Below, in pieces: positions 63,084 to 64,000 of a stretch of DNA of 64,000 nt (the stretch's first letter is position 1; every line of letters starts with the position of its first letter). A program made the translations under genes and the position numbers. The notes beneath the pieces are model-generated. The model was not told where the DNA came from and did no database searches. It worked only from the letters and a program-made list of their open reading frames with translations. The stretch comes from a virus. Taxonomy: Duplodnaviria; Caudoviricetes. The DNA lies in the IMG/VR virus record IMGVR_UViG_3300020045_001617, positions 7,107-71,106 of that record; one strand, given 5' to 3'.

Positions 63084-63225
63084 AGTCACACCGTCGGTGA
63101 TACCGACTGTCTACGACTTCGACATCACCGACGACGAGGGGACTGTGATCGCCTGCTGGTGGAACAGCGACCCTGACTGCGTGTTCGAGCGCATCGAGCG
63201 TGAGATGGTGGGAGAAGCAGCGTGA
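62998..63225 (+). CDS. Hypothetical protein (75 aa), paralog of 55594-55821
   Basis: GTG start; near-identical sequence. Confidence 0.75.
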   Translation: MTTKTYALVIALLDDAPMFGTYTVGREYEVTPSVIPTVYDFDITDDEGTVIACWWNSDPDCVFERIEREMVGEAA

Positions 63226-63539
63226 CCAGCACCATCGAAACCCACATTCTGCGCATGACCGTGGACGCGCTGCTGACGATCACGGGCAAGGTCGGACTCT
63301 GTTACGAGGACGACTGGGACGGTGATCTGACCATCACCGCAGAAACGTCATGGGAAACCATCCAAGCCGAAGCCTATGCCTGCGACTCCTGTACGCTGCG
63401 CGTCGGGTCGAAGTGGGTATGGTTTATCTGGGATAATGGGGAGGACGGGTTGACCTGCATCGCTGACTACACGGTGTCGCTAGAAGACGTGATGATGCCG
63501 GTGTTCGACTGGATCGAAGTGGAGGAGTCGGAACAGTGA
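63222..63539 (+). CDS. Acidic hypothetical protein (present only in the right arm)
   Basis: GTGA overlaps at both ends. Confidence 0.65.
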   Translation: MTSTIETHILRMTVDALLTITGKVGLCYEDDWDGDLTITAETSWETIQAEAYACDSCTLRVGSKWVWFIWDNGEDGLTCIADYTVSLEDVMMPVFDWIEVEESEQ

Positions 63540-63835
63540 CTGATACACCCCCTGATTGGGTGCTGATTGAAGCTGCGAAGCGGAGTGGGTGGGATTGGGC
63601 CACACCGTCCATCACTATCGAAACTTACAAAGAGAACGGTCCATTCCGCGCCCTCTGCGACATGATCGCCAAGCACGAACAGCCGCCGGTTGATCCCGAT
63701 GTTGAGGCGGTGAAGCGGATCTTGGAAGCGTACTGGCCGAAGATGGCTCGACATGGCACCAGATACCTCGAAGGACATTTTCTCGACCTCGACCGTGCCG
63801 TCGCCCAATACAAAAAGGAAATCGCCCGTGACTGA
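63536..63835 (+). CDS. Hypothetical protein, paralog of 55307-55597
   Basis: Shared motifs; diverged middle. Confidence 0.7.
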   Translation: MTDTPPDWVLIEAAKRSGWDWATPSITIETYKENGPFRALCDMIAKHEQPPVDPDVEAVKRILEAYWPKMARHGTRYLEGHFLDLDRAVAQYKKEIARD

Positions 63836-64000
63836 GACACCCATCGACGCCGCAACTGTGCAGCGCTGTATTGATGCGCTGAAGGGTAGCGGGGAATACC
63901 GTCGCGATTGGAAACGGCAGACGAATCAGCGCGGACCCGGCAAACTGGTCGAAACGTGGACGTACACCACGCACCCCACGGACATCTTGGCGGCGTTGCT
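63828..64000 (+). CDS. Paralog of 54589-55314, 3'-truncated by window edge
   Basis: MTETPIDAATVQRCIDALKGSGEYRRDWKR... Confidence 0.75.
   Translation, partial: MTETPIDAATVQRCIDALKGSGEYRRDWKRQTNQRGPGKLVETWTYTTHPTDILAAL

Noticed and set aside
55142-64000. Inverted repeats as an assembly artefact
   Set aside because: Copies differ by scattered, often synonymous substitutions and are interleaved with arm-specific genes, which a collapsed or mirrored assembly would not produce. Long reads are still needed to confirm.

Overview
A 64-kb section of a tailed phage genome with siphovirus morphogenesis genes in Chi-like/lambda-like order. The host is probably an Alphaproteobacterium (GapR/DUF2312 homolog, GTA-type holin, tRNA-Met-like att core). 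Order: replication genes (SSB, family-B DNA polymerase, VRR-NUC, HNH, SNF2 helicase); a lysogeny/receptor block (XRE repressor, two tailspike-like genes, intact attP, P4-type tyrosine integrase, putative sRNA, AlpA/excisionase); terminases; a putative head-spike/fibre pair; lambda-like head genes; tail; lysis cassette; a leftward arm of nucleotide-metabolism and small early genes (methyltransferase, NrdJ, dNMP kinase, DfrB-ThyA fusion, MazG-like); and a mirror-symmetric early region (55.1-64 kb) built from nested imperfect inverted repeats around a lower-GC island. Most notable: (1) a shared acidic F-x-x-[MIL]-F peptide at the extreme termini of at least seven unrelated proteins; (2) the nested inverted-repeat/cassette architecture with a GGGAGTC (GANTC-containing) RBS before most island genes; (3) an R67/DfrB-type DHFR fused to ThyA; (4) a promoter- and terminator-bounded ~90-nt RNA with an anti-Shine-Dalgarno loop; (5) recurring operator and late-promoter motifs. 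All family assignments come from motif recognition by eye; no database search was run. Start codons were adjusted from the ORF track where an RBS or gene overlap favoured another start.
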